Shown here: positions 47,937 to 63,679 of the stretch, piece after piece
Numbering within the stretch: the stretch's first letter is position 1
Layout of the letters: the number at the start of each line of letters is the position of its first letter
DNA from: the human T2T-CHM13v2.0 reference genome, Homo sapiens
NCBI RefSeq assembly: GCF_009914755.1
Contig: NC_060926.1
Reading direction: 5' to 3' (one strand)
Length of the DNA: 64,000 nt
Made by a program: the position numbers and the translations under genes
Notes under the pieces: generated by a model
What the model saw: only the letters and a program-made list of their open reading frames with translations
Told to the model about the DNA's origin: nothing
Databases searched by the model: none

Positions 47937-48631
47937 TAAGTGAATGCAATTGTCTTCCCTATTTTTTAAAATTTTAAGCTACTGTAATTTAGCATATTAT
48001 TTTACATGAACCTTATTTTAGCTACAAATCTTCAGAAGCCCATTTAAACCTTCTCCATATGCTCTTGAAGAAGTTAAAGATGATTTAATATGTCTTTCTG
48101 CTCTTTAAAAGAATGGAGCCTTTCTCTGTTTAAAAGTTGAGCATACCATTCATAACATTACTTGGTTAAAATCAAGCTGTTTTACTTAGCAACATTCTTC
48201 GCTTAATAATCTGTTTTAATGATGTGTAAATCTTTAACTGTGTTGTAAAATTTTGATATTTAACTTGAAGTAGTTATTTGTTCACTGATGATGATTATAG
48301 AATTAAAGAAATAATTATGTGTACTTGAACACTCAAATGTTTCTAATTCTAGATTTTCTACTTACGATATACTGAAATAGTCTTATTATCTCAAGTCTGT
48401 TGTATTTACTGATATGAAATTGTTCTTTTGAAATTTTATTTTTTCAATTTAGTTTTGTTTTTCTACTTTGTAACAAATTCAAATTTCTTAATTGCTTTCT
48501 GCTGTTGCTGGGGTTACTTTTTTTTATTTTTTATTTTTCCTGTTTACATAATTTGAATGATCTTACTCTAAAAGGTCATTTTTTCAGATATCCTATTGAG
48601 AATTTGGCTTCCACAAATACTCAGCTTTCTT

Positions 48632-48765
48632 GTTTTAATTATAAAAATTTTTGGAAATTTATACATAATAAATATACATATTTTCAGGGTACGTATGATA
48701 TTTTGATAGCTTCATATAATATGTAAAGATCAAATCAGGATTGGGATATCCATCACCTCCAAATA
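48632..48765 (-). mobile_element. L1MA 3' end fragment
   Basis: tacatattttcagggtacgtatgatattttgata...gatcaaatcagg..ttgggatatccatcacctc. Confidence 0.75.
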
Positions 48766-49989
48766 CTAAATTTACTAATTTTTCTCTTGGAAATTTTGAA
48801 CCTTATACACAACAATTGTTGTAAGCTTATGTACAACATGTTTTTCTCTAAAAAAGGCTGAATTAATATGTTCTCATTTTAGCAAAAATTTAATCCCAGC
48901 TAAAATCTAAATGTTAAATTGCAGTGAATTTGAAGCATATAGTCCTCCTCTTTTGTCCCCTGCCCCCACAGTGATGATGATAAGTAAAAGTATATTTATT
49001 GCCTGTTCAGCATTTTAGAAATTTTGACTAAGAGATGTACTGATCATGAAAGGTAATAGATGATTGTAGATCTTGTAAATAATATCTACAATTATCAATT
49101 GTCAATATCATAGTTTCTTCCCATAGTAAGCATTTTGAATATACATAAAATGTTGTTTGTTAGGCATTTTCTCTGAGGATATTGGCCTTTTCCCCATAAT
49201 ACTGAATTCAGAATTCTAGAAAATGAAATATAACTGTAACAAGTGCAGCATAGACACAATTTGGAGTATCTATCTTAATTTTTAAGGTTCTAGTTAATGT
49301 TAAAACTGAGTCAAAAGCAAGTTAGGGATTCCGCCCCCCCTACCCCGGGATTACATGTTTTCTGTTTTTATAAGTTTTACAATGGTTAATACCATTGTCT
49401 CTAAATATATTTTTACTGAATAAATGAGTGCATTAGAGAAAAACACATGCTTTAGATCAGATCAGTAATTTGGGGATTTTTTTGTTTTTTTTCCCAAACA
49501 CAGGTGGGTTGAAACGACTCATTTTACTTGAAGTGAAAACTTAACATATGTTGAGTTTTCTGCCTTATAAAATTTTCTTTAAAATCTCTGGACTTCTGTG
49601 AAGCTTTCTTTCCAATTTTGATAACAAAACAATATTGCTCTGGGTAAAGAAATTAAGTATTATAAGTTACTTGTAATATGAGTATTATATCCTCTATACT
49701 GTAAAATATTTTCGTAGTAGAAGTGCCTCCAGATGTTTGATCTATTCTGTCACTTCAGATAGCTGCACTATATTACTATGTTTTCTAAATTTGTTTTTAA
49801 AGAAAAGTTGATTTTAAGAAAAAAATCTCCTCATTCTAAACACCTTCCCCCTGCCCCTCACTTCTTGATCTTCCTACTCCTTTGATCTTGACTAATTTTC
49901 GATATTGGTTAATTTACTATTTATGCCACTAAAATTCTGTTCTGTCAGTATTCTCTACATGTACACAGACTGTTCCTGGATAGAAACTC

Positions 49990-50110
49990 CATTCACTAAA
50001 GAAATAAATTTGAGTTCTTGCCCTGAGTCAGGCACTCTGCCTGGTGCCAAGGATACAGAGAATAAGACAGACAAGGTTCCTTTAGTTACGGAGGCTGCAT
50101 CTCACTCCAG
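49990..50110 (-). mobile_element. L2 3' fragment
   Basis: tcaggcactctgcctggtgccaaggatacagagaataagacagacaaggttcct. Confidence 0.65.
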
Positions 50111-50268
50111 GGACAACTTTTCAGTGCTCTTATGAGGTGGATAGTAAAGAGTGGATGAAGTTAAATGAGAAACATGTGATACTAACAATGAATATGAAAG
50201 ACTAACAGTGTTATTGATTCTTCTGCATCTGTTGTAGTTTCTTGATTTTTCTGTTTGTGTCTTAATAG

Positions 50269-50330
50269 GACTTGGCTTTGGAATACTATGTATTAGGAGA
50301 ATCTTTTGAGACTTCTGCTCCTTGGGACAG
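50269..50330 (+). CDS. AGPS: AGPS exon 16
   Basis: taatag|GAC...GACAG|gtaaaa; 62 nt; DLALEYYVLGESFETSAPWD(R). Confidence 0.96.
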
Positions 50331-51044
50331 GTAAAATATACTAAAGTGCCTGATATTATTCAAATATGCGATATGAATTGCTTGAAGTAATGTTTCTTTT
50401 TGTGTGAATATGTAAGTTTAAAACATTTTATGAAGAAACATTGAGACAAGGCAGCTACTTTATTTAAATTAATATATTCATCAGAATGCCGTATTTTCAA
50501 GTGTTTTATTGGGTGGAGGGAGTTGAAGAAAATTTGTCTGTGATCCAAAGAACGAAGGTATTGTTGAAGTTTACATTTTGAAGAATGTTATTGAATGCTC
50601 AGTGTTACTATGTGGTTATACTTCGCTTTGACTTAAATTCTTAAGTGATTAATATTGCTTAAATGTTCTCTAAAAAGTCCTCCCAAAGTATAAAACCAGT
50701 TAACTGTCCTTTATAATATTATTTAGTTTTTGATATTTGTATGTGTAAAAATGGGAATTTAGGTGGTTTATAAAGGAAATTTAGTTTAGGAAATTATGTA
50801 CAATTTCTGTTTTTAAATTTAAGCAAAATGTTGATACTGGAGCATATTTTAGGAAATGGCCCAAATAAGATAGATGGAAATAGATTTTAGAAGGGTTTCT
50901 TTACTGGAAATACATACATACAGTATTGGTTAGTGACTTAATAAAAACTGATTAGGAAATGCGAAATGGTTTATTAATAGACCTGTGAGTTGTATTATAA
51001 CTCATCCAGTAATAAAAAAAATTCTCAAAGAGATTGTCTATACA

Positions 51045-51246
51045 ATCCCTTATTCAAAATGCTCAGGACCAGAAGTGTTTGAGATTTTAGAATATTTGTA
51101 TTATATATTTACCAGTTGAGCATCCCAAATCTGGAAATTTCACTGGAAATCACTGCAGCATTTCTTTTGATCATCATGTTGGTACTCAAAAACTCTCAGA
51201 TTTGGGGGCATTTCACATTTTGGTTTTTTGCAGGATATTCAACCTG
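51045..51246. mobile_element. Tigger4a/Zombi MITE
   Basis: atcccttattcaaaatgctcaggaccagaagtg...ttaccagttgagcatccc...ggatattcaacctg|ta. Confidence 0.8.
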
Positions 51247-51683
51247 TATATTTTTATTTGTTTCTAGTATACTGATATTTTACTTTTCTTTATAAAATTT
51301 ATAAAGTACTTTAAATCTACAATGAAGTGTATAGGACGGAACAATTCCCTGTGAATCTACTTCTTAGATTGCATATCTTAATATTTTGGTTTCTTCCAAT
51401 CCCTCTTTTTTCCCCCAGAAAACTTTTTACTTTTCTACATGCAGTCATCATCTACTGAGTTAGTACGCTGGTGTTCGTATTCCATGCATTGTTAGCTAGT
51501 AACCCAGTTTATGTTATACTATCACTCAGTCATTCACAATTTTTTTTATTTTTTAAGTCAGATTTCTCAAGTTGAAATGTTATTCACAAATTTTGATGCT
51601 AAATTTTAACAAGGGGAATAAATCCTTTCAATAAAAAAATTATCAAGTCATCAGCCTTTGAGTAGTAGAAATAGTTTGGCAGT

Positions 51684-52035
<352 letters not shown>

Positions 52036-52382
52036 TTAGTTTTTATTTTTAACTAAAAATAAATGCTTAACATCTTTCCAAAATCAAAACTAAGGACGAA
52101 TACTTAGAAAAAAAGGTGGAAACATATTTTTCCTTCCCTGGAGAAACCAGTAAGGCAGACATTTTAACGGAGCTTGTTTTTTTCCACAGGACTAGTCTAC
52201 GCAACAGAATCTCTCTCCAGCCCTTTTTCTATGTCAGTTCTGTCTACCTGGCAGGAAAAACCAAAAGAAACCCTGAAACAACCCCTCCCCACAAATACAA
52301 CACAAGACAAGGGACTTGAAAAGTTGGGGAAAACCTTTTAACGCGTCTAAGACCATTTTAGTGTTTAATTCCTCTCTTTGGG

Positions 52383-52755
52383 TATCTTAGCCAGTTTGGC
52401 CTGCTATACAGAGCACCTTAGACTGGGTAGCTTAAATGTTCTTAGACAAGAAACAATTATTTCTTACAGCTCTGGAGGCTTGGAGTCTGAGATCAGGATG
52501 TTAACATGGTTGGGGTTTTGGTGAAGGCCTTCTTCCTGGTTTTATAGATGGCCATCTTCTTAGTAATACCTGCACCTGGAGGAAAGCAGAGAGAGAGAGA
52601 AAGCAAGCCCTCTCATATCTTTTTATAAAGCACTAATCCCATTAATGCAGCTCCACCCACAGGACCTAATGACCCACCTTCTAATACCATCTAACTGGGG
52701 CTTAGGATTTCAATATATGAATTTTGAGAGGGATGCAAACATTCAGTCCAAATCA
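52383..52755 (-). mobile_element. MLT1A-like ERVL-MaLR solo LTR
   Basis: tatttcttacagctctggaggc...ttaggatttcaatatatgaatttt...caaacattcagtcca. Confidence 0.85.
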
Positions 52756-53390
52756 CCGGGACAGTGGATTAGTGCAATGCTACCTCTTAAGAGTTAATGA
52801 ATTTCCTTGTCATCAGTTAGTACTGATGATTGACATCTTGTTTTTTTATTCTTCCAACTGTGGAAGCTAATAATGTGCAATTTTTTTTTGTTTTTCATCT
52901 ATTCTTTATATATACTTACATATTTATTTGACACACTGATAATTTCTGTTTTATGCAGTTACACATTTGTTTTCCTTTAAAACAATTTCTTCAGCCGAAG
53001 TTTTAATAAATAATATTAATGGAAGGCAACTACATTTTTATGTAAAATTTACTTGTTGACAACCATTTAGCAATTTTCTTTTTCTTTCAAACCTTTAACT
53101 AGCTAGAGGACATGTTTGCAGTAGCCCATGGGATCACGGTCTTTTAACTTTCACACATTATTAGATTATTGGCTTTTTCATATATAAGCCACTTAAGGGA
53201 TTACCGGTCATACTAGTTTTTGTGTATTCCTAAGTGTCCCATCCTATTGTGTTCCATCCCATCCCTACCACAATGGCTGCACCTGTTAGGTTCTCAATGA
53301 ATATTCTTCATAGATTCTTATGAATGAGCTTGGGAATAATTTGAGAGTACAGTCTATAAAAATAGATATTTTAAGGGTTGGAGATATACA

Positions 53391-53695
<305 letters not shown>

Positions 53696-53719
53696 GATGT
53701 TACAGATTTTGGAGGCACC

Positions 53720-53990
53720 AGCAAGTCTTCTGATTAAAACCAAGGAAGTGGATACAAACACTTATAGATAGTATGGAGTGAAGGAAAAAAAAGAAGGCCT
53801 AAGAAAGAGGTCCAGGGAACCTCAACATTTAAGGTTACAAACAAAACAAAAGGTGGCAAAGTGTATTGAATAATAATATCTAGAGGATGTAGAGGTAATC
53901 CAATGATGTAAAAAAAGCCCAGGGAAGTTTTTTTCAGGGAGGAAATGGTCAAGTGTTAAATTTGCTAATAAGTAAGAATTTGAAAATATG
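53720..53990 (-). mobile_element. L2 fragment
   Basis: gggaacctcaacatttaagg...gggaggaaatggtcaagtgttaaat. Confidence 0.6.
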
Positions 53991-55130
53991 CAGTTATGTT
54001 TCTGTCCTATAAAAGGATTGATCCAAGTGGACTGTGTTAGCCTCTTATCAAGTTCTGTGAGAGAATACTTTCAGAAACCTTTCCCTAAAAATCATTTACT
54101 GAAAGTGTCCCATTGTGGGTTATAACTGTTCAGTCTGGTCCTTTCTCCATCTCCTTTTCATTATTCAACTATCAGTGAGGGTTTAGATATAAGGAGCTCT
54201 TAATATTTTCCTGTTTACTATTGTATTTAAGATGATTGGATACATTTAAGTGCGTTTAAACTGAAATGCAGTTCACACAGTGCCATAACTTGCAAAGGAC
54301 TGTAACAGCAGATGATTGTATTCTTAGATTTTTTTTAGACTACTTAGCTGTAGCACTTAAATTTCATTTTCTAGAGCCAACATAAAGAACTTGTTCCAAA
54401 GAAAAGAACTTACTACTTTTATAAATTTGTAATATACGTTAACTCTTATAAATATTAAAGCTTAATAGATTTTATTTATATTTAAATATTTGTTTTATAA
54501 GGTATATATTCAAAATAAAGACATATTAAATATCAGTCATCTAAATGTTTTATGAGATTTTTTTTAAATGTGCATCCTTGCCATGCATAAGTGATGCATA
54601 GATAACATTGATAAGTCATGTATACCTGCAACTCTCATAAATTAAAGAATTTAACTTAAGAACATTGTTTTATAAAATTAGATTTTATAAAACTTTCAGA
54701 TAGTGTATTCATAAAGATAAAAAATGTGACATGCTAATAAGACACTAAAGCCCTTTTTGTATTTATATTTTAATCATATACTGTTTGTTCTTATTGACAA
54801 TATGGATAACTTTTATAAAGTATGATCTGTTTAAATGCTACTGTTTTTTATCAAAGTGGTTCTCATACAGTCAAGTCTGCGTCTTGAGACTAGAGATAAG
54901 CCAACCTTTTGAGTTTTTCTGGTATCATTTCAAGTCTCATGATGCTAAACAAATCAAGGTTTAAAACACAGAATCGGTGTTATTATGTGGCCAGGATATT
55001 TATTGGGGAATAAAATGGGACTTTAATATCAAATAGTCCAGCATAACACATTAATACTTTACATCGTTTGTCTTCAGTAGATCTTTGTCAAACTGGATTT
55101 CAGCTTGTGAGTAAGCTATCGAACATTTGA

Positions 55131-55358
<228 letters not shown>

Positions 55359-55384
55359 TAACATCATGATTATTAATTGAATCA

Positions 55385-55686
55385 TTATTATTATTATTAT
55401 TTTATTTGAGACAGAGTCTTGTTCTGTTACCCAGGCTGGAGTGCAGTGGCGCAACCATGGCTCACTGTAGTCCTGCCCTCCTGGGCTCCAGCGATTCTCC
55501 CACCTCAGCCTCCTGAGTAGCTGGGACTGCAGGTGTGTGCCACCATGCCTGGATAATTTTTTAATATTTTGTAGAGATAGGGTCTCACTGTTGCCCAGGC
55601 TAGTCTCAAACTCCTGGGCTCAAGCAGTCCTCTGGCCTCGGCTTCCTGAAGTGCTGGGATAACAGGTGTGAGCCATGCACCCAGCC
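55385..55686 (-). mobile_element. AluJ with (ATT)n tail
   Basis: Full antisense Alu with J-type ctgggctcaagcagtcctc. Confidence 0.9.
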
Positions 55687-56087
55687 TGAGTTATTTCTAA
55701 ATTAAGGAAAACTTCTTAGACATGGGTAAAGATTGGTATTCATGTAACCTAGAATCGAATTTTCATTAACATCTTTATAGCTTTTTTAAAGCTCTTAAAA
55801 TCTTATAATCAAATTGATTTTGAAATCAGGCTTTCCTAAGTGTAGGAAACCACATTCAGGAGACTTGAGTGTGTTCTTGTGACTTTCTGTTTTCCTTAAG
55901 TCAAAAAAAGAAAAAACTTTCTTCTTTTTGAAGTTAGGAATGGAGGGCTCAATTTGAGTGATCAGGGCTCTTTTCCATTCTTGAAAGGACAACTATGAAA
56001 GCTTTAGCTAAGAAAATGTCAGACTTGAATGATGCCAGATTAACCAACGTTTATTAGCACTTGTGTAGTTCTCACTTGAAAACTTAA

Positions 56088-56204
<117 letters not shown>

Positions 56205-56589
56205 TAAGTTTTAAAAATTGTTCTTATACTTCTTATTCTGAAAAAAATGTTTTTTTTAATCAAGGGGGGGAATATAATTTTCCAGCTGAGAAAAAGCTTC
56301 AGTCTATTACATTTGGCCAGCTTTCCTAACCTTCACTTACCACCTTGTTAGGATTGTGCCACTGGAATTTTACAGTAGTCCTGAGCCTTTTAGGAGTAGG
56401 ACACCCTTCTGTGAGTAAGCCTTCCCTGCCATCTGGGTGGCATGGCAGTGAAGAGCCAGGTGTCTGGACTCCTGGAAAAAGAAGAGGACTACTCTACTCA
56501 CTGAAACTATAAATTATATAGTCAAGAAATTATAAATTATATACATACTCAACATGACTCTGAAGAGTGAAGGCAGTGTTTTGTTGTTT

Positions 56590-56705
56590 ACTAGTAATTT
56601 AATCTCTTCAAGCTCTAATATTATCAGTAAAATAGTGGTAATGCCATTTCTTCATGGGACTGTTGTAAAAATGAAATGAGAAAGCATATGAAAAAACTGT
56701 TAGGT
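56590..56705 (+). mobile_element. MIR fragment
   Basis: atcagtaaaatagtggtaatgcc...catgggactgttgtaaaaatgaaatgaga. Confidence 0.55.
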
Positions 56706-58302
56706 TCTGCTGTAGTATTGTTTTGACATAATTACATTAAGCTTGAGGTAGATAATCCATACTAGTATTAGTAAGGAAAATTTGTATATTTCCCTTTCCT
56801 TTCCAATGACAAGTCCTCATTAAGGCATTCAGTTGTTAAGCTTACTTGCTCCTTATAGCATGATAATTTGCATATATTTGTTTTCCAAGACTAGAAATAT
56901 TTCTGTATTCTTTAAACTGCTAATTGTATGTGTGTGTGTTTTTGTTTTTGTCTTTTTTCTATCTTTTCTATTGTCTTATCTTGTACTTTCCTAGTACTAG
57001 TGTTGTGTTTCTTAGTTTTCCTTATTGTTCCCATTGGGAAGAGATACCCTTTAGAATTTGCTAAATTGCACTTCTGCAAGGTAAGAAAGTAAAATTCTAA
57101 CATGAGATCTGAGGAAAGCATCTTTCTTACACCTTAAATGTTCATTTCAATCAAAAGGATCTCCTTAAAGTAGCCGTTTCTGCTTCTGTGTGGGAGACAC
57201 TGTCCATGTTTAACAAGCCTTGCAGAAAGTACTAAGTCATCTGTATATTAACATGTTTTAAGCAAGTACACTGACGATAGGATCAGAGATTATAAAAGCT
57301 GAAAAAGTAGATTTTAGAGATTATTTGCTGGGCATTCGAGATATCTGAACGAAAGGCAAAGAGAGGTCTTGTTCTCTGTAGTAAAAAGCTTACAATGGGA
57401 TTAAGCTAATGTCGACATAGTGGGTGTAAGAATGTCATGTTACTTTTAATTTATTTTAAATTTGGGGGTATCTTTAACAATGCACCTTTTATCTTAAAGT
57501 CCTTAAAATCTAAGACAAAAATTTTTGTGTTTATATTATCAACCCAAACTGATGCTTCATTTTTCTCTTGATAGCCCAGTCTTTTAGCAGTCAGCTCTCT
57601 TTTATTGTAATCCTGAAAACAAATCAGACATAATAATCCAAAAGCTATTTGTTACCATTAGATTTTGAAACATTTTAGATAGTCAAATCTATTCTTGTGT
57701 AGTTGAGAAATTTTTATTCCTTTGTTTTTTTGAATGGTAACTTAACAGATTTTACCCTTCCCCCTTCTTCCTTCTGCCCCCAAGTTCCTGTTCAACATCT
57801 CTTAAGAACCCCACCCCCGCTGTAACATTATGAAACTATCGTGATAAACCACTACCTATGGAAAATGATTAGGAAGTAAAATATTCTGCCTTAGGGCACA
57901 TTCTGTAATTACACTTAAATCTAGGTTCTTCAGAATGTATTCATGAGGCCTAAGAATCTTCATTCTGTATTGTAGATAAGTAGAATTAGTATATTTAGAC
58001 TGAATTGGCCATATGTCATTTTTATTAAATAGCAGTAGCTATGTTTTAAGAATGGTTTTCCTATAAAAGCTTATGTGTTCAGTTTCTGTGACCATCTTAT
58101 AAAACCAGTTAGAATATGCAAAGCCTAGTTACTTGAGTGGCTTTGATAAATAAGACTTTTATGGTTCTTATGGCTCATACTTGATTAAACTAACATTTAA
58201 TTAGAATTTGACTTCAGTTTAGTTTGGTTTGACCTGCTTAGTAGTGCTAAGGAGATTATTCCATGTTGAATATGTGAGATGTATTTTTTAAACCAGTTTT
58301 TT

Positions 58303-58422
58303 ATCAGGTGCTATGCTCACTACCTGGGTGATAGGATCCATACTCCAAACCTCAGCATCACGCAATATTCCCACTTAACAAACGTGTGCATAGACCCCCA
58401 TATCTAAAATCAAAGTTGAAAT
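58303..58422 (+). mobile_element. L1PB/L1PA16-like 3' end fragment
   Basis: ctatgctcactacctgggtgataggatc..tactccaaacctcagcatcacgcaatat...tctaaaatcaaagttgaaa. Confidence 0.85.
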
Positions 58423-59939
58423 AACATTTTACAAAGCTGTTCCAAAGTTATTTAAAAATAATTATGGATCTATTTAAAATCAAGGATCCTAAGAAAAATA
58501 ACTCAGGTGTAGGGTACATTTATTGAGTTCATTTATTTCATTTTTGTCCATTAAAATGTACTTTGTACATTGGAATAGAAATTCCAGTCCAAACTTTTCT
58601 GAAGACGTTATATGGGAAGTAATTGCTAGTCATTGAGTCTAATACAAATAAAGTACTCCAAAAAGTAGGGAGCACAAAAAATTTTTTTAAATTAAAGAAT
58701 AATGTAGTGACTTTGACAACCACGCTATTACTTGTCCAGATGATTTTGAAAGAGGTTAGTGTTTAAGTGTCTTAAATGATAGAGTTGATCTATTGTAAAA
58801 GGTGTTAGATCTAAGTCACTTTCTGAAATGGACCCAAATTAAGGTATTCCATAAGGTGTTTTTCATTATTTGGACTTGTCTGAGATACTAATCAATCAGG
58901 CCCATCAAGCTTTGTTATGACTTCAGTAATCTGTTCATCTACTGAAAACTGAACTGTGTAATACATAGATGCTGGATTTGTTTGAAAGATGATAATGCTC
59001 TATTAATATTTAGTTACATCTATTTATGAATGTTAGTGATTCTCTTATGAGTGATATATATTTTACTAATTTCTGCAAGTTCGTTTCATTCATTTATCCT
59101 TCACACTTTATTTGAATTTGGTTATTCCTAATGATAGTGCCCTTGGAGTTAAAATGGTTCTCCGTTGTTTCTTAAACTTTGTATATCTGGTACTTAAAAT
59201 GTAAATATTCAAGGGATCTTTTTTTTATGAGGGTGAATTAACACTAGAAGAGAAACACAGCTGGCAAATTGACAGTAGCATTGTTAAACAGTTCATTTCT
59301 TCTGTTCTGAGGCACCTAACATTTGGCCTAAAATGCGATTAAAATTGTAGATTAGATTCTATTTGTATTGTGTAGTAAAAAGAGTATTTCCTCTGCATTT
59401 GCTCCTTCTGTTAAATTAAATTCTTTGTGGGAGCCTCTGTAAATTGCATATGGAGATTTGACTATGATTACCTTACCTCCCTTTTAAATGCTTTCCTAAT
59501 TGCATTTTGAAAGCTCAGATATATATTATATATATGATTTAATAATCTAACATTCTTGATATCTTTTGTATATACACATTCAACATGTATAAATATTGAG
59601 TCATAGTATTTTAAGGCTATGTCACTGCATTTGGTACAATCATCCTATTTGTTTTCCAAAGGCTTACTAATTATTAATGTAAACTTAGTGAAGATGCTAT
59701 ATTTCACTCAGTCTGATCATATTTGGTATTTGGGCATTTCTCCCATTTCTTAGTTTTTAATTCTCATATCTCATACTTATTTCTTTTAACTTCGAGGGAG
59801 TTTGGAAAACTTAACTGATCACCACGTTTCATCTGGTCTGTTTAGTGACTGACTTTAAGTGCAGTATACTTAGTTTTTTAAAAAAGAATCCCTCTTGATG
59901 GAGATGGGCCAATTGGAAAAACATTTACATTGCTTTTAA

Positions 59940-61135
<1,196 letters not shown>

Positions 61136-61205
61136 TCTGGGAAAGTAGGTTTTTGAAGAGGAAGAAAATGGGCGCACATACTTAGGAAGAGTCGGTGATT
61201 GAGGC

Positions 61206-61266
61206 AAGGTGTGAAGATATGAGGCCTAGGGAGAAAGGTGAGAAGATATGAGGCCTAGGGAGAAAG
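61206..61266. repeat. 29-bp tandem duplication
   Basis: aaggtg(t/a)gaagatatgaggcctagggaga twice, one mismatch. Confidence 0.9.
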
Positions 61267-62026
61267 AAAAGCAGGTCTGTGGGCCACAGAGGGTCTGTGT
61301 TCTGTAGAGTTGGTGCTGAGTGAAGGTATATCTCCTCAAGCTTTCACAGCAGTGATAGCCGTTGCTCCTTTGATATTGGTTTCTTCCTCAAGTTCTTTGG
61401 TTTTTCTTATTCCTGATGTCAGAATTGTAGTTATTTTCAGCTCATTTTTCCCTGCTTTTTTCCCTTAATCTTTTTGTTCATCTGGTTCCTCTACTCATGG
61501 ATGTCTAGCTTTTTTTACTCTCCTTTGTTATCTCCTGGTTGATTTCTCCTATATCTTAGTAATATTGGCATTTGTTTTACCTAGAACAATATCTTATGTT
61601 TCTTTGTCAGTCTCCATTTAGGTATGCCTTTCCAGAACACTTTTCCCAATCCGACCTATCCCAATTTTCTTATTCTTTGTATAGACTGATTTTTAAGCTG
61701 CATAAGCTAATTGATGGTGTCTGTCTTTATGTTCTCTCAGCATTCTTCAATCTCGTTTGTCATTCTGTATCTTTAGACTATGTCATATTTTGGCTATATA
61801 CAGCTTAGAAGAGTTTCTTCTAGTGCATTTAAATTATCTGTGTAGAAAAAAATATTATTGATATTTATTTTGTTGTCATTTATTTTTAAAGTTATAGCCA
61901 GAACTGAACAGTGTCTTTGTTTTGGTCTCAACTGCAGTGATTTGCTTTTTTTCTACCCAGAATCTTTAAGTCTGTTGAGCCAGGAGAATCCAAACAAATG
62001 ATGAGTTCATAGTATTGTTGCCAGAG

Positions 62027-62593
62027 TGTGACAGGAAAAGGGTCCCAGGATGATCCAGACCTCAGGAGAAGGTTCTTGGATCTCACACAAGAAAGAATTC
62101 AGGGCAAGTCCACAGTGCAAAGTGAAAGCAAGTTTATCAGCAAAGTAAAGGAATAAAAGAATGACTACTCCATAGACAGAGCTGCCCCAAGGTCTGCTGA
62201 TTGCCCATTTTTATGGTTGTTTCTTGATGATAAGCTAAACAAGGAGTGGATTATTCATGCCTCCCCTTTTTAGACCATATAGGGTAACTTCCTGATGTTG
62301 CCTTGGCATTTGTAAACTGACATGGCACTGGTGGGAGTGTAGGTGTAGCAGTGAGGATGACCAGAGGTCACTCTCCTGGCCATCTTGGTTTTGGTGGGAT
62401 TTAGCTGGCTTCTTTACTGCAATCTGTTTTATCAGCAAGGTCTTTATGACCTGTATCTTGTGCTGACTTCCTATCTCATCTTGTGACTTAGAATGGCTTA
62501 ACCCTCTGGGAATGCAGCCCAGTAGGTAGGTTTCAGCCTCATTTTACCCAGCTCCTATTTAAGATGCAGTTGCTCTGATTCACATGCCTGACA
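62027..62593 (-). mobile_element. MER41(A-like) ERV1 solo LTR
   Basis: tgtgacaggaaaagggtcc...agggtaacttcctgatgttgcc...cacatgcctgaca; 4-bp TSD agag at 62023-62026 and 62594-62597; 567 bp. Confidence 0.88.
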
Positions 62594-63499
62594 AGAGGAC
62601 TTAATGTACTTTGAAGAGATTATAATTTGCCCATTCTCTATCAATATGGATTTTTTAAATAATGAAAATTGACTTTAGTCAGTGTTTGCATGTCCATATG
62701 TATTCTATGCATTTCATGTTCCTATCCTCAGCAGTGACGGAGCCAATGAAAGGAACCAGGTTTCTTGTTTTGAGTCTAATTTTGCCTTTTTCAAGGGGCA
62801 GATGTTTTGCATCCCATCTGTTTACTGTGGCAGTACAAAATGTAGTTTTCACTTGCACATATGGAGCTCATTGTGTGGTCCTTTGGCAGGAAAACACGCT
62901 CTTGAAAAGTAATGGAGTTGTACTATTTGTAGTATGGAAGTGCCTCAAATTTTGTCTTATACAAGTCACATGAAGAACTTAATTGTGCATAAAATTTGTT
63001 AAATAGCAGAAAGAGAAAAAGTTAGTGTTACTTTTATTGTCAAGATATGTATGTTTTTAAGTAATTTTGTTAAATGTCATTTTGATTATGCAATTTAAAA
63101 CAATGAATACTCATGCTTACCTGACTATATATAGTTTTCACACATGCTGCTGATAGTTCTCATTACTTCTAGATAACAAAACAATAAAATCAGTGAAAAT
63201 GGCATTTCATCATAAAATTCTGATACAATGTATAAAAGTTTTTGGGTTATTTCCCAATAGAAGTTTTAGTAACATGGGACAGACATGAAAAAGATTGAAT
63301 ATGTACCTATAATATTGACTAATTTGGTACTTCAGTGAAGGTAAAATTCTTGTTTTGCACTGCGTCCTCAGTTCACCTGTTTTGGCGGACAACTCTAAAG
63401 CAAGCCAATGTGTATTCCTTCCATGGAGTAGAGGCTGGGAAGAAACTGAGATTATATCTTAAACTAATCATTTGGGTCGTCTTGACTTTCAGTTTCTAG

Positions 63500-63679
<180 letters not shown>

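Noticed and set aside
49055-49100. AT-rich ~17-bp imperfect stem-loop (similar small hairpins at 45590-45612 and ~52810-52829)
   Set aside because: Short AT-rich stems are expected by chance in 64 kb; no supporting context.
62715-62765. Possible micro-exon (cctcag|cag...CAG|gtttct) and adjacent TGACG/CCAAT motifs; ORFs 62662-62973
   Set aside because: Donor is very weak, the motifs are short, and the ORFs resemble nothing recognisable.
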